From Patescibacteria group bacterium (GTDB lineage Bacteria; Patescibacteriota; Patescibacteriia; Magasanikbacterales; GWA2-37-8): DNA of 64,000 bases. The notes under the pieces were generated by a model, which was not told the DNA's origin, ran no database searches, and saw nothing but the letters and a program-made list of their open reading frames with translations. Location: assembly GCA_022710645.1 (NCBI GenBank), contig JAKLGL010000002.1, positions 14,337-78,336 of the forward strand. Direction: 5' to 3'. Shown here piece after piece: positions 18,808-28,568 of this stretch. The position numbers were made by a program, and so were the translations under genes. Numbering within the stretch: position 1 is the stretch's first letter; every line of letters starts with the position of its first letter.

Positions 18808-19836
18808 TTATATTTCCTTTTCCATTTTTATCAAAGATTTTATTTCTTGAAAACTTAGGTTGTCTTCTTTCTTGGGTAAACCGGACAACGGGATGCCTTT
18901 ATTCAAACTTTCGCAAACCGCTTCCAGATATTTTTTGTAAAGCGGACTTTGTTGCCAAGCTTCCAGTGCTTCCAAATACAAAAGAAAAGATTCTTCTTTG
19001 AGATTGATAAATTTTTGTTGCAAACGAGATGTCGCTTGTTCCAAATCCGAGGATAATCTTCGAAAGTCAATAACGGTAAAATTCTTTATTTCTTCTATTG
19101 GTCCGAAAGTGACATTTTTCGGAGGTAAAATATCCCCTATCGGAGAAGAACTGTTTATCTTATTCGCTTTTATCAATTGATTGATATTTTCCATTTTCGG
19201 CTCAGCTTTTTCTATCAAGTCGTCAAGCGATTTAATTTCTTTTATTTCTTTGTTGAACTTCGGTTTATGCACAAAAGAATTAAACGGCGAAGAGGAGCTT
19301 GGCAATATTTCTCCTTCAGGCATCGGCAACTGATTTTTCTTACCCGGAATTTTTTTTAAAGGTCCGTAAAATTCTTGTTTTTCTGAAGAAATACTCAAAA
19401 TTTTATCTTGAGCAATTTTGATAACTTCTTTTATTTGATTATTGTTTAAATCCGCCCCTCCCAAATAAACCGGCTGGCGCAAAACGTCGCTTAACTGCTC
19501 GGAATTTTTGATGTCTTTCAAAAATAAAATTATATTATTTTTCAAATTTGAAGCGGCCTGATCCGTCAATTTGAAAGAAAGTTTTTCCATCACCTCTTTG
19601 GCCTCTTCTTCTCTTTTATTGAAAGAACCGTGTTTTAAATTTTTTATTTCTTCATCTTCCAAAGGACTTTTTATATCTTCTTTTGTCCAAACATTTTGCG
19701 AAGAAACAACTTTTTCTTTTTCAACTTTAACAGTCGGCGAAACGGGTCGTTCATCGTTTTTTTTCAAATCGGAAATTTTCATCCTCGCGAATGTTCCGTC
19801 TTTCTTTTTAACCAAAATTGTTTTATCTTGATTCAT
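18808..19836 (-). CDS. Hypothetical charged protein (342 aa), in the same operon as the T4SS genes
   Basis: ORF with a 4-nt gap to the downstream gene. Confidence 0.55.
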   Translation of the reverse strand: MNQDKTILVKKKDGTFARMKISDLKKNDERPVSPTVKVEKEKVVSSQNVWTKEDIKSPLEDEEIKNLKHGSFNKREEEAKEVMEKLSFKLTDQAASNLKNNIILFLKDIKNSEQLSDVLRQPVYLGGADLNNNQIKEVIKIAQDKILSISSEKQEFYGPLKKIPGKKNQLPMPEGEILPSSSSPFNSFVHKPKFNKEIKEIKSLDDLIEKAEPKMENINQLIKANKINSSSPIGDILPPKNVTFGPIEEIKNFTVIDFRRLSSDLEQATSRLQQKFINLKEESFLLYLEALEAWQQSPLYKKYLEAVCESLNKGIPLSGLPKKEDNLSFQEIKSLIKMEKEI

Positions 19837-19842
19837 AATTTC

Positions 19843-20622
19843 TTATTGCGAAAAATCAAACATTTGTTCGGCAACTTTTTTCACTTCTTCGTCACTCAAT
19901 TTCTCTAAAGCTGTTTTTTCTATATATCCGGTATTCAATAACATTTCTCTCAACAAGGTCGGATTGGCAAATAATTCTTCTTTACTCATAGTAGTGCTTG
20001 TTCCCTGTCCAGATCCGGATAATTGCGTATTAAGCGCATTTTTAAATTCTACAGAATTAAAGACTTCCTGTCCGATCTGTTTCAATTCTTCGTCGGTTAC
20101 ACCAACCAATAAATCCTCGCTAATACCCGAAGAAATAAGAATCTTTTTAATTTGTACCGGATCGTTAAAATAATCGGCGGGATTTAGTATATAACCTTCG
20201 GACTGAGAATCTTTGATCCATGATTCCAAAATTTGTTCGGTTTTGGTTTCTCCGCTTTCTTGATTACAAGAAGATCCTTCGGCGCAAATAGGATTTTTCC
20301 CTTGCAATATTTCTTCTTTATCTTTTATACCGTCGCTGTCGGTATCTTCCAGATAGGCGCTGGTATCATATATATAAATCTCTTCAAAATCGTTCAAACC
20401 GTCTTTATCCGTATCTCGATAATGCAACGCTTCGGTCGGATCGCTAAATTTTTCTTTTATCAACGTACTCGGAACAGCATTACTCAAAGCATAAGGACGA
20501 TATAGATTATTTCTCAATTGAAAAAAACTCAAAACCAAAAATAGTACGGCAAAAATAAGCAAAAATACAAAACCGAACTTTTGCTCCAAAGTTAAGCCAG
20601 TTTTTTCCTGGTTTTCAGCCAT
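19843..20622 (-). CDS. TM-anchored protein with calcium-binding DxDxDG (thrombospondin-type-3/dockerin-like) repeats
   Basis: N-terminal TM; DTDKDGLNDFEE and DTDSDGIKDKEE motifs. Confidence 0.6.
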   Translation of the reverse strand: MAENQEKTGLTLEQKFGFVFLLIFAVLFLVLSFFQLRNNLYRPYALSNAVPSTLIKEKFSDPTEALHYRDTDKDGLNDFEEIYIYDTSAYLEDTDSDGIKDKEEILQGKNPICAEGSSCNQESGETKTEQILESWIKDSQSEGYILNPADYFNDPVQIKKILISSGISEDLLVGVTDEELKQIGQEVFNSVEFKNALNTQLSGSGQGTSTTMSKEELFANPTLLREMLLNTGYIEKTALEKLSDEEVKKVAEQMFDFSQ

Positions 20623-20720
20623 AATTAGATAAATTTTTTCACTTTTATATTATACCATTTTCTCATTTTTTGAGATAGTGGATAACTGAAACAAGGTAGC
20701 TAAAACAAAAACTCGCCAGA

Positions 20721-21590
20721 TTATGGCGAGTTTATTATTGAAAAAAGTCGCAACCATTCCTCTAGACTTAATTCTTGGGCGCGGATATTTTCGGGAAACT
20801 CCATTTTTGCAAAAGCTTCATCTACCGTTTTTTTGTTTTTATCGCCTAAATAATTTTTTAAATTTTTTATCAATAATTTACGTTTATTGATAAATCCGGC
20901 CCTAACAAAAGCAAAAAACTCTTTTTCATCTATTTTTGGCAATTTTTTTTTCAAAACTATTTTGATAACTGCTGAGTCAACTTTGGGCGCAGGATAAAAA
21001 TCATTCCTAGAAACAAATGCGATAATCTCTGGTTCGCCAAAATATTGAACAGAAATGCCCAAAACTGATAAATCTCCAGGTTTAGCACATATTCTCTCCC
21101 CTACTTCTTTTTGAACCATCACCACCATACTTTCCGGCTTATTTTCTTGTTCCAAAAAAAATCGAATTATTTGTGAAGTTATTTGATAAGGCAAATTCGC
21201 CACAACTTTATACTTTCCCATTTCTTCCGGTGACCTTAAGGACTTTGCAGATTTTATGGATTTTTGACTATTTAACACATTCCCCCAAATAATTTCCAAA
21301 TTTTTATACTCTTTTTGTTTTTCTTCCCAATAAGGTTGAATCTTTTTTTCTATTTCATAAGCCATTACTTTTCCCGCCTTTTCACAAAGCGAAAATGTCA
21401 AAACTCCGAACCCCGGACCAACTTCTATCACTTCGTCTTTTTTACTTACATCTCCGGCTTCAACCATTTTTTGCACTACTTCTTCGTTTAATAAAAAATT
21501 CTGCCCATACTGTTTGCTCGGACGAAGACCATATTTTTGACAGAGATGTTGAAGATAGTCGGGATTAAACAGTTTTTCCATACTTAACAT
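20721..21590 (-). CDS. rsmA: 16S rRNA (adenine1518/1519-N6)-dimethyltransferase
   Basis: YGQNFL motif plus the AdoMet motif VIEVGPGFGVLT. Confidence 0.9.
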   Translation of the reverse strand: MLSMEKLFNPDYLQHLCQKYGLRPSKQYGQNFLLNEEVVQKMVEAGDVSKKDEVIEVGPGFGVLTFSLCEKAGKVMAYEIEKKIQPYWEEKQKEYKNLEIIWGNVLNSQKSIKSAKSLRSPEEMGKYKVVANLPYQITSQIIRFFLEQENKPESMVVMVQKEVGERICAKPGDLSVLGISVQYFGEPEIIAFVSRNDFYPAPKVDSAVIKIVLKKKLPKIDEKEFFAFVRAGFINKRKLLIKNLKNYLGDKNKKTVDEAFAKMEFPENIRAQELSLEEWLRLFSIINSP

Positions 21591-22077
21591 AATAATTGAG
21601 ATAACGACAATCCCAAGTAATCAAATTGATTTTTTCATATTCTATCATACGCGACTTTTTCCAATATTTTCCTTCGGCATCTATATGATTTACTTCTACT
21701 CCCTTGTCAAAAATATTTTTTAACGTACCTAAAATGAAAATATCTTTTCTTTCATTCTCAATAATAACGGCACCGTAATACTTTTTAATCTGTTTAAATA
21801 TTTCCCACATGGTGTCGCCAAGCTTGATTTTATTTTTTATTTTCTTTAGTTGTCCTTCTTTTTTCATCATTTTCAAAACAAAATCCCGGCTTTTACTGGC
21901 ATAAACTCTTTTGACGAACTTTTTATTTATCACGGTATATCCGTCTATTTGCATTTCTCTTTCATTGGCTATTAATAAAAAATTTTTATTTTCTGCCAAT
22001 AAAATACCATCAGTATTATAATTACCGCAGCCACTTTCTCTTTGAACTCTGATCAATTTGTTCAAATATTTTTTCAT
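21565..22077 (-). CDS. Hypothetical protein (170 aa)
   Basis: ORF overlapping the rsmA start by 26 nt. Confidence 0.5.
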   Translation of the reverse strand: MKKYLNKLIRVQRESGCGNYNTDGILLAENKNFLLIANEREMQIDGYTVINKKFVKRVYASKSRDFVLKMMKKEGQLKKIKNKIKLGDTMWEIFKQIKKYYGAVIIENERKDIFILGTLKNIFDKGVEVNHIDAEGKYWKKSRMIEYEKINLITWDCRYLNYYVKYGKTV

Positions 22078-22090
22078 ATTGGATGATTAT

Positions 22091-23830
22091 TTATTTTAAT
22101 CCGGCATCGGTATACCTGTTACTCGCATTCCACATCAACCAACCGGCGTTTGCGTATTTTTCCACTACTTCTATTTGCGCGCGAATTTTTTCCGCATCAT
22201 AAACAGCTCCCATATCAAAAGCCTGGATCCACGGTCGAACTTGCGCTCTTTTACCTTCAAATTTAGGCGCTCCGATTTTCATTCCGTTTTCAAACACAAG
22301 ACCTGGATTTGCCGCAGGATTTATCAAACCCAAATGACCGGATGGGTAATGAGATGGATACATCATAGGACAAACATAGTCCACATTATCAACCGTATCC
22401 GCAATTCTCTGCCCGATAGACATATCATCAACCCCGTTTTTTTCCATTGTAAAACCAAATAAATCCAGAGAAATCCAAACAGGGTCATTTTTAAAATTAT
22501 TGTTTAAAAATCTATAAAACTCTCCCATCACTTCATATTTCTTTTTACTTTCTTCATCATAAAGCGTATCGGCCATATTACCATCAGACGGGAACCTCAC
22601 ATAATCAAAATTTATTTCATCAAAACCGAACTGTATTGCTTCTTTGGCAATCGCCAAATTATATTTCCACACTTCTTTTTTGGTCGGATCAACCCAGCTC
22701 AGACCTTTCTTGTCGCGCCACAATCCTCCACGTTGACTTTTAATAGCCCACTCCGGTTTTTTCTCGGCCAAAACCGGATCTTGAAAAACGGTTTGTCTGG
22801 CAATAACATAAATTTTTTCCGCGTGCAATTTTTCAATCAATTTTTTAACATCACCTAAACGATTATCTTTATTTTTTAACGACACCACCAAAGGAACCTG
22901 GCTATCATACAAAACCAAACCGCTGTAATCTTTGATATCAATCACTACGGCATTGAGCTCGGTTTTTTTGATTAAACTTATCATTTGCTCCATTTTTTTG
23001 GAACTCCCGGCCGAATAAGCGGTTAGATATATTCCTTTTACTTTTATCAAAGGATTTTTTACTCCCGCAAAATGGCGATTTTTTACATTTACCATCAGCA
23101 TGGCGTTATTCATACCTTCAATATACGAAACAGTAGAAGAAGACCAGACTAAAATAAAAAATCCGGAAAAAAAAGAAGCTATCGCCAGCAAACAAAAGTA
23201 AAAATAATCTTTTTTGTTTTCGGAAAGTTTTATCATGGTTTCACCTTGTCTTAATAATTGTATTTTATCAACTTCCACATTAACCAACGTAGTCGGTTTT
23301 CGCAAAGGTAAATCTTGTCCATCAACTAAAATATCGGGTTGTTTTTCTTGGTCGATAAAAGTGTTTGTGATATCTTCAAATTTATAAATTTCACTTTGCC
23401 CTGAAAGATTGGCTGAAGTCGCCACCAAAGGTCCACCGAGTTTAGCTGTAATTTCTCTTAAAAAACCGTTTGCGCTTACTCGCACAGCCAATTTACCCGA
23501 AGAAGAAACCACTCCGTATGGAAAGGCTTGCGGATTTTTACAATATCCTATGATAGTTAAAGGACCGGGCCAATATTTTTTCGCCAAATCGTTTAAATTT
23601 TTATTCCAAACCAAATATTTTTTCGCTTCTTCAATACTATCAACTATCACCAATAACGGCTTACTATAATCTCTTTTTTTTATTTGAAAAATTTTTTCCA
23701 CCGCCTCTTTATTTTTTGCGTCACAACCCAAACCATAGGAAGTTTCGGTCGGAAACACAACCGTTCGCCCAGCTTTTAACTCAACAATAATTTCATCGGT
23801 TTGATTTTTATTAAAAATTTTCACATTCAA
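22091..23830 (-). CDS. Fusion protein: N-terminal YrdC/Sua5 (TsaC) threonylcarbamoyl-AMP synthase domain, a TM helix, and a C-terminal glycoside-hydrolase-like TIM-barrel domain (GHL10/DUF4015-like)
   Basis: TsaC signature VFPTETSYGLGCDA...KPLLVIV at the N-terminus. A hydrophobic segment near residues 205-228. C-terminal FGFDEINFDYVRFP region. Confidence 0.75.
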   Translation of the reverse strand: MNVKIFNKNQTDEIIVELKAGRTVVFPTETSYGLGCDAKNKEAVEKIFQIKKRDYSKPLLVIVDSIEEAKKYLVWNKNLNDLAKKYWPGPLTIIGYCKNPQAFPYGVVSSSGKLAVRVSANGFLREITAKLGGPLVATSANLSGQSEIYKFEDITNTFIDQEKQPDILVDGQDLPLRKPTTLVNVEVDKIQLLRQGETMIKLSENKKDYFYFCLLAIASFFSGFFILVWSSSTVSYIEGMNNAMLMVNVKNRHFAGVKNPLIKVKGIYLTAYSAGSSKKMEQMISLIKKTELNAVVIDIKDYSGLVLYDSQVPLVVSLKNKDNRLGDVKKLIEKLHAEKIYVIARQTVFQDPVLAEKKPEWAIKSQRGGLWRDKKGLSWVDPTKKEVWKYNLAIAKEAIQFGFDEINFDYVRFPSDGNMADTLYDEESKKKYEVMGEFYRFLNNNFKNDPVWISLDLFGFTMEKNGVDDMSIGQRIADTVDNVDYVCPMMYPSHYPSGHLGLINPAANPGLVFENGMKIGAPKFEGKRAQVRPWIQAFDMGAVYDAEKIRAQIEVVEKYANAGWLMWNASNRYTDAGLK

Positions 23831-23873
23831 CTAACTTTATAACCCTGTCTACCGGCAGGCAGGTTTCAACTTT

Positions 23874-24941
23874 TTACTTTTTTATCCACTCCAAATATGC
23901 CCGTGAAAACGGCAACAACTCACCCTCGAGCAAACTTTCCGGGTCGGAAGTTTCAAAATCAGTTCGATGGTCTTTGGCCATATGATATGGATGCAATACA
24001 TAAGAACGTATTTGATTTCCCCACTCAGCACTTTTGTATTCTCCGCGCAATTCGTTTCTTTCTTTGGCCAAACGTTCTTCCTCCAACCGATGTAATTTGG
24101 CTTTGAGAATTTTCATCGCTGTTTCTTTGTTTTGTTGTTGCGAGCGTTCATTTTGACAAGACACGGAAATATTAGTTGGAATATGAACTATTCTAACAGC
24201 GCTATAGGTCGTATTCACACTTTGCCCGCCTTTGCCTCCACTCATAAAAGTATCTATGCGCAAATCTTTAGGGTCTAACTCTATTTTAACTTCTTCATCT
24301 AATTCCGGCATAATTTCTATTAATGCAAAAGAGGTGTGACGCATTTTTTCCGCATCAAAAGGAGAAATACGAACTAACCTATGAACACCGTGCTCGGATT
24401 TCAGATAGCCGTAAGCATAACGGCCTTTGATTTCCAAAGTTACGGATTTATAGCCGGCTTCTTGCCCGCGAGATTCGTCTAAAATCCTAGTTTTCCAACC
24501 CATTTTTTCACTAAAACGCAAAACCATTCGAAGCAACATTTCCGTCCAATCTTGAGCTTCTGTCCCTCCGCTACCGGCGTGCAAAGACACTATGGCGTTA
24601 TTTTTATCATAAGGACCGTTAAGCAATAAATATAGTTCGTATTCGGAAAACTCTTTTTCCAATTCTTCCGTTTGTTTTTCTATCTCTTCTTTCAAAACAG
24701 GGTCATTGGCTTGCGATAAATCCAATAAACCGTTTACTCGATCGGACAAATTTTCCCATTTATCAACTTCCTTTTTAATATCTTGATAATCTTGTGAAAT
24801 AGTTTGAGCGTTTTCAGGATTAGACCAAAAATCCGAAGCGGCCATTTCTTGCGATAATCGCTCCAGTTTATTTTTAAGTTCTTCAATCTTCAACAATTTT
24901 TTTCCTTCTTCAATTTTATTTTTTAATTCTTCTAAATTCAT
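23874..24941 (-). CDS. prfB: Peptide chain release factor 2 (contiguous ORF, no programmed frameshift)
   Basis: GGQ motif, SPF tripeptide (RF2-specific), N-terminal coiled region. Confidence 0.9.
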   Translation of the reverse strand: MNLEELKNKIEEGKKLLKIEELKNKLERLSQEMAASDFWSNPENAQTISQDYQDIKKEVDKWENLSDRVNGLLDLSQANDPVLKEEIEKQTEELEKEFSEYELYLLLNGPYDKNNAIVSLHAGSGGTEAQDWTEMLLRMVLRFSEKMGWKTRILDESRGQEAGYKSVTLEIKGRYAYGYLKSEHGVHRLVRISPFDAEKMRHTSFALIEIMPELDEEVKIELDPKDLRIDTFMSGGKGGQSVNTTYSAVRIVHIPTNISVSCQNERSQQQNKETAMKILKAKLHRLEEERLAKERNELRGEYKSAEWGNQIRSYVLHPYHMAKDHRTDFETSDPESLLEGELLPFSRAYLEWIKK

Positions 24942-24945
24942 AAAA

Positions 24946-25437
24946 TTAAAATATTTTATCCGCGCCAACCGTCACCAAAAGCGTCAAAATACCGGCAATA
25001 ACGATACCGGACAGCACATAAGGCCAAGATTTTTTGAAAGGTATGCCAAATACAAACGCCGCCAAAGCGCCAGTATAAGCTCCGGTTCCCAGGATCGGAA
25101 TTCCTATAAAAATCATCAAGCCTATCAGACCGTATTTTTGGTAATCATGAGCGAATTTTTCCTGAGCACGGTTCAAAGTGTTTACCCATTTGGAAGCCAA
25201 AAAACCTGATTTCTTGGAAATCCAAGCATGAAATTTGTCAGCCAATATTAAGATCAAAAGCACCGGTATAAAATTACCAATAATAGAAATCAACAACACT
25301 TCTACAGGGCGTAAATGATAAGCAAAAACTCCAACCGGTATGGATAAACGTAATTCTCCAAACGGTATCATGGACATAAAAAATGTCGCGATTTCCGGAG
25401 GAAATGAAGCAAAAAAATGAATGAGTTCTTTAAACAT
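24946..25437 (-). CDS. Small polytopic membrane protein (COG2426/small-multidrug-export-like)
   Basis: Four TM helices; weak family resemblance. Confidence 0.55.
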   Translation of the reverse strand: MFKELIHFFASFPPEIATFFMSMIPFGELRLSIPVGVFAYHLRPVEVLLISIIGNFIPVLLILILADKFHAWISKKSGFLASKWVNTLNRAQEKFAHDYQKYGLIGLMIFIGIPILGTGAYTGALAAFVFGIPFKKSWPYVLSGIVIAGILTLLVTVGADKIF

Positions 25438-25495
25438 AATTTAATTATTTTTTTATTTATTCTATCACAAAAATACAAAAAACAAAAATTGTTCT

Positions 25496-26770
25496 TTATA
25501 CCTCTTTTTTAATCAAAGAAGCGGAAGTTAAAAAAGCTAAGATAATCATTCCGCTGTAAGTGGTATAAAAATAATGATCAAAGAAGAAAGCTGTTAAAAC
25601 TATAATCCAAAGCGGTAAAATTGCTTTATTGTTTTTGAACACTTCACGAAAGAAATAAAAAGCCAAGCATAAAATCACTAACGCACCAATAATCCCCCAC
25701 TCCGCCAAAAACAAAAGATAAACATTATGCACTGGCTGATAAATCCAGGGAGTCAAAATAAGTTTCTGGCTGAAAAGCGCATAAACATAATTTCCCGGAC
25801 CAACACCCAATATAGGATGAGCTAAAAATATTTCTGAGAAATCTTTATATTGATCAAAACGTTCACTGATAGCCCTGGTTTCCAATCTGTTTTCCGCCAA
25901 AATCCTGGACTGCCAAAGAGGAAGACAGATTGTAGATAAAATTAAAATTAAAATTAACGGCGGGATTAAAATTTTCCAGTTTTTAGCTTTTTCCATTAAC
26001 AACCAAATAATCAAACCTGATAAAAGGGCGATAAAAGACGCTCGGGAAAAACTAAAAAACAAACCGGTAATAATAAGCAACTGTCCGACGGAAATAAACA
26101 TTTTTTCTTTGATCTTCGGAAAATAACCATAAAGAAACAAACCAACAATAAACGCAAGACTCAAATAAAATCCCAAATCATTGGGCCAGCCAAAACTGCC
26201 ATAAGCCCGCAGCCACCTGCCACCATCAGTTGCTTGCAAAACCGCCGCACCCAAGTCGCTTGGGTAATGCTCTGCTAACCCCAGCCATTTATTCTCCCAA
26301 GTGCGTTGGAAAACAAACTGTTCAATAGCCAAAAAACTTTGAACTATTCCCCCGCCCCAAAGTACCATCAATATCTGCCAAAAAGGAATTTTGTTTATCA
26401 ATAATGTCAAAGAAAAACAAGCAACACCAAGCAATAAAAATATTTTATATTCCGCCAACTCCCGATTTAGCGGAGCAACGAACAAATATAAAACCAAAAA
26501 AAATAAAAATAGCGCGGGACGAATTATTTTCATAATCCTTTCTTTTTTATCGCGCGCTTGATTGATATCTAACCAAAAAGTTTTATTTGAAATCAAACGG
26601 AAAAAAGTGATAATCACTATCAACCAAATCAAAATTTCTATCCCCGACAAACTTTGACTAAACCATTCAAAATAATATCCGCCTAAATATGCGGGTTTGT
26701 AAATCAGCCGAGTTTGAAAAGGAAAAAGAAAAATAACCAAAAAAGATAAAAATTTTACAAATTTATTCAT
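25496..26770 (-). CDS. O-antigen ligase/polymerase (Wzy_C) family membrane protein
   Basis: About 12 TM helices; FSFSRASFIALLSGLIIWLL motif region typical of the Wzy_C domain. Confidence 0.65.
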   Translation of the reverse strand: MNKFVKFLSFLVIFLFPFQTRLIYKPAYLGGYYFEWFSQSLSGIEILIWLIVIITFFRLISNKTFWLDINQARDKKERIMKIIRPALFLFFLVLYLFVAPLNRELAEYKIFLLLGVACFSLTLLINKIPFWQILMVLWGGGIVQSFLAIEQFVFQRTWENKWLGLAEHYPSDLGAAVLQATDGGRWLRAYGSFGWPNDLGFYLSLAFIVGLFLYGYFPKIKEKMFISVGQLLIITGLFFSFSRASFIALLSGLIIWLLMEKAKNWKILIPPLILILILSTICLPLWQSRILAENRLETRAISERFDQYKDFSEIFLAHPILGVGPGNYVYALFSQKLILTPWIYQPVHNVYLLFLAEWGIIGALVILCLAFYFFREVFKNNKAILPLWIIVLTAFFFDHYFYTTYSGMIILAFLTSASLIKKEV

Positions 26771-26806
26771 ACTAACTTTATTAACCTGCCTGTCGGTAGG
26801 CAAGCT

Positions 26807-27727
26807 TTATAAACTTTCAACTCGTTGTCGCCACTTTTCATAATATTCTTTTCTCTTGTCATTTTCATGAAACTTCAACATATTATCGTTTATAACTACA
26901 CCGGGAAAATTGAAATTTTTATCGCGGGTAGACATTTTTATTCTAGCCAATTGAGCTTCTTTGGCTTGTTTTTCCATCAAATCTCCATAAACGCCTTGCC
27001 ACATTTTTTCTAAAACATTTTTTATAAATAATTTAAATCGTCCGTTCTTTATTTCTTTGGCATAGATAGATAGTTCAGAAGAAAATTGAGGTAAATAATC
27101 AAACAGCCAGTCGTTATCGGCGATTATTTTCCGACGATAATCTTCAGGGTCGTAAATCGGAATCAACACAGCTAACCAATAAATCAAATAAACGTCTTCT
27201 TGAATAATTTTTATATTTTGTAAATTTAGAGAATCTTTGGAGATAAAGAACGACAAACAAACTCCGTTTTTGTTTTTATTAACTCTTTGACCAAACAACA
27301 ACAGAATAAGATTGGAAAAAAATCTTGCCAACCACAATCTTTTCGGATCGGTTATGATAAAAAAATCAATGTCGCTTTTTTGAGTTGCCGTGCCAAACGC
27401 CAAAGAATTACAGATAAATACAGTTTTAATAAAAGGTAGCCAACTTATTTTTTTACAAGCTCTTGCCGCTTTTTTTAACTTATTTTCATTTTCCAGAAGT
27501 CTCTGTCTACGAAATTCAACATTGTTTGACTTGTTCGGCAAAAAAAAGTACCCGTCTTGAAGAAAAATTTTTTGTTCTTTGAGTAAACCCTCTATAGTTA
27601 CTTCAAAATCGCACCGGGTCGTTTTTTGTTTCCATAAAAATTCAAACAACTCTTCTCTGGTCAAAGGATAAGAAAAAAGTTCGAAGAAAGACAATGTTTT
27701 TAAGATGGCATTTTTTATTTCATCCAT
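26807..27727 (-). CDS. Hypothetical protein with a minimal nucleotidyltransferase-like motif
   Basis: GTATQKSDIDFFI resembles the Pol-beta NTase GS...D.D core. Confidence 0.5.
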   Translation of the reverse strand: MDEIKNAILKTLSFFELFSYPLTREELFEFLWKQKTTRCDFEVTIEGLLKEQKIFLQDGYFFLPNKSNNVEFRRQRLLENENKLKKAARACKKISWLPFIKTVFICNSLAFGTATQKSDIDFFIITDPKRLWLARFFSNLILLLFGQRVNKNKNGVCLSFFISKDSLNLQNIKIIQEDVYLIYWLAVLIPIYDPEDYRRKIIADNDWLFDYLPQFSSELSIYAKEIKNGRFKLFIKNVLEKMWQGVYGDLMEKQAKEAQLARIKMSTRDKNFNFPGVVINDNMLKFHENDKRKEYYEKWRQRVESL

Positions 27728-27831
27728 AGTTATATTATATAATAATACATTCTGAAAGAAAATGAAAATATTAAAATATTTGAGTATTAATAATTTTAAA
27801 AACCCTCCGACGAGGCGGAAGGTTTTTAAAA

Positions 27832-28557
27832 TTATTTCTTATTTTGTTTTTTATATATCAGCACCTGTTGTCCCCATGTCAAAAGCGTGGAAAATAACCA
27901 ATAAAGAGTCAGTCCTGCCGGAAGTGTCGCACCGATAAATACAGTCATTGCCGGCATAAAATAAAGCATTTGTTTGTTCATCATAGCCATCATCTGTTCG
28001 TCTTTAGCCCCCTCATTTATATTCTTTGGTGGCTGTTTAACTAACATGGCTTTGGTTTGAAAAAATTGAGCCGCCCCCGCCAAAACCGCCAAAACTATAT
28101 TGGATTTAGCCATGTCAAAAATCCAAAAAGAAATATTATTTAATTTCCCCGGATTATACATGAAAGCATAAATGTCTTTACCCAAATTATCGGCTATTAA
28201 TCCGTCACGCATCACCATATACAATGCTATCAAAACCGGCAATTGAATAAGTAAAGGCAAACAAGAGGCAAAAGGGTTTACCTTATTTTCTTTATAGAGT
28301 TGCATCGTGGCCGCAGCTTGCTTTTGTTGATCGTTTTTATATTGCTGTTTAATTTCGGCAATTTTCGGCTGTAAATCTTGAACGGCTTTTTGCGATTTAA
28401 TAGAAGAAGACATCAAAGGATATACCGCTGCTCGAACTAAAACGGTTATCAACAAAATAACCACACCGATATCATGACCGGGAATAATATTGTAAAGCAA
28501 AACAAAAATATTCAAAATCGGCTGATACAAAATAACGTGAAAAAGATAAGAAAACAT
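27832..28557 (-). CDS. yidC: Membrane protein insertase YidC (short Gram-positive/Oxa1 type)
   Basis: 241 aa, 5 TM helices, conserved YidC core, C-terminal basic tail. Confidence 0.85.
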   Translation of the reverse strand: MFSYLFHVILYQPILNIFVLLYNIIPGHDIGVVILLITVLVRAAVYPLMSSSIKSQKAVQDLQPKIAEIKQQYKNDQQKQAAATMQLYKENKVNPFASCLPLLIQLPVLIALYMVMRDGLIADNLGKDIYAFMYNPGKLNNISFWIFDMAKSNIVLAVLAGAAQFFQTKAMLVKQPPKNINEGAKDEQMMAMMNKQMLYFMPAMTVFIGATLPAGLTLYWLFSTLLTWGQQVLIYKKQNKK

Positions 28558-28568
28558 ATGTTTGTTTT

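Noticed and set aside
23874-24968. Programmed +1 frameshift in prfB
   Set aside because: The ORF is contiguous. The only ambiguity is the N-terminal start choice (MARIKYF versus MNLEEL).
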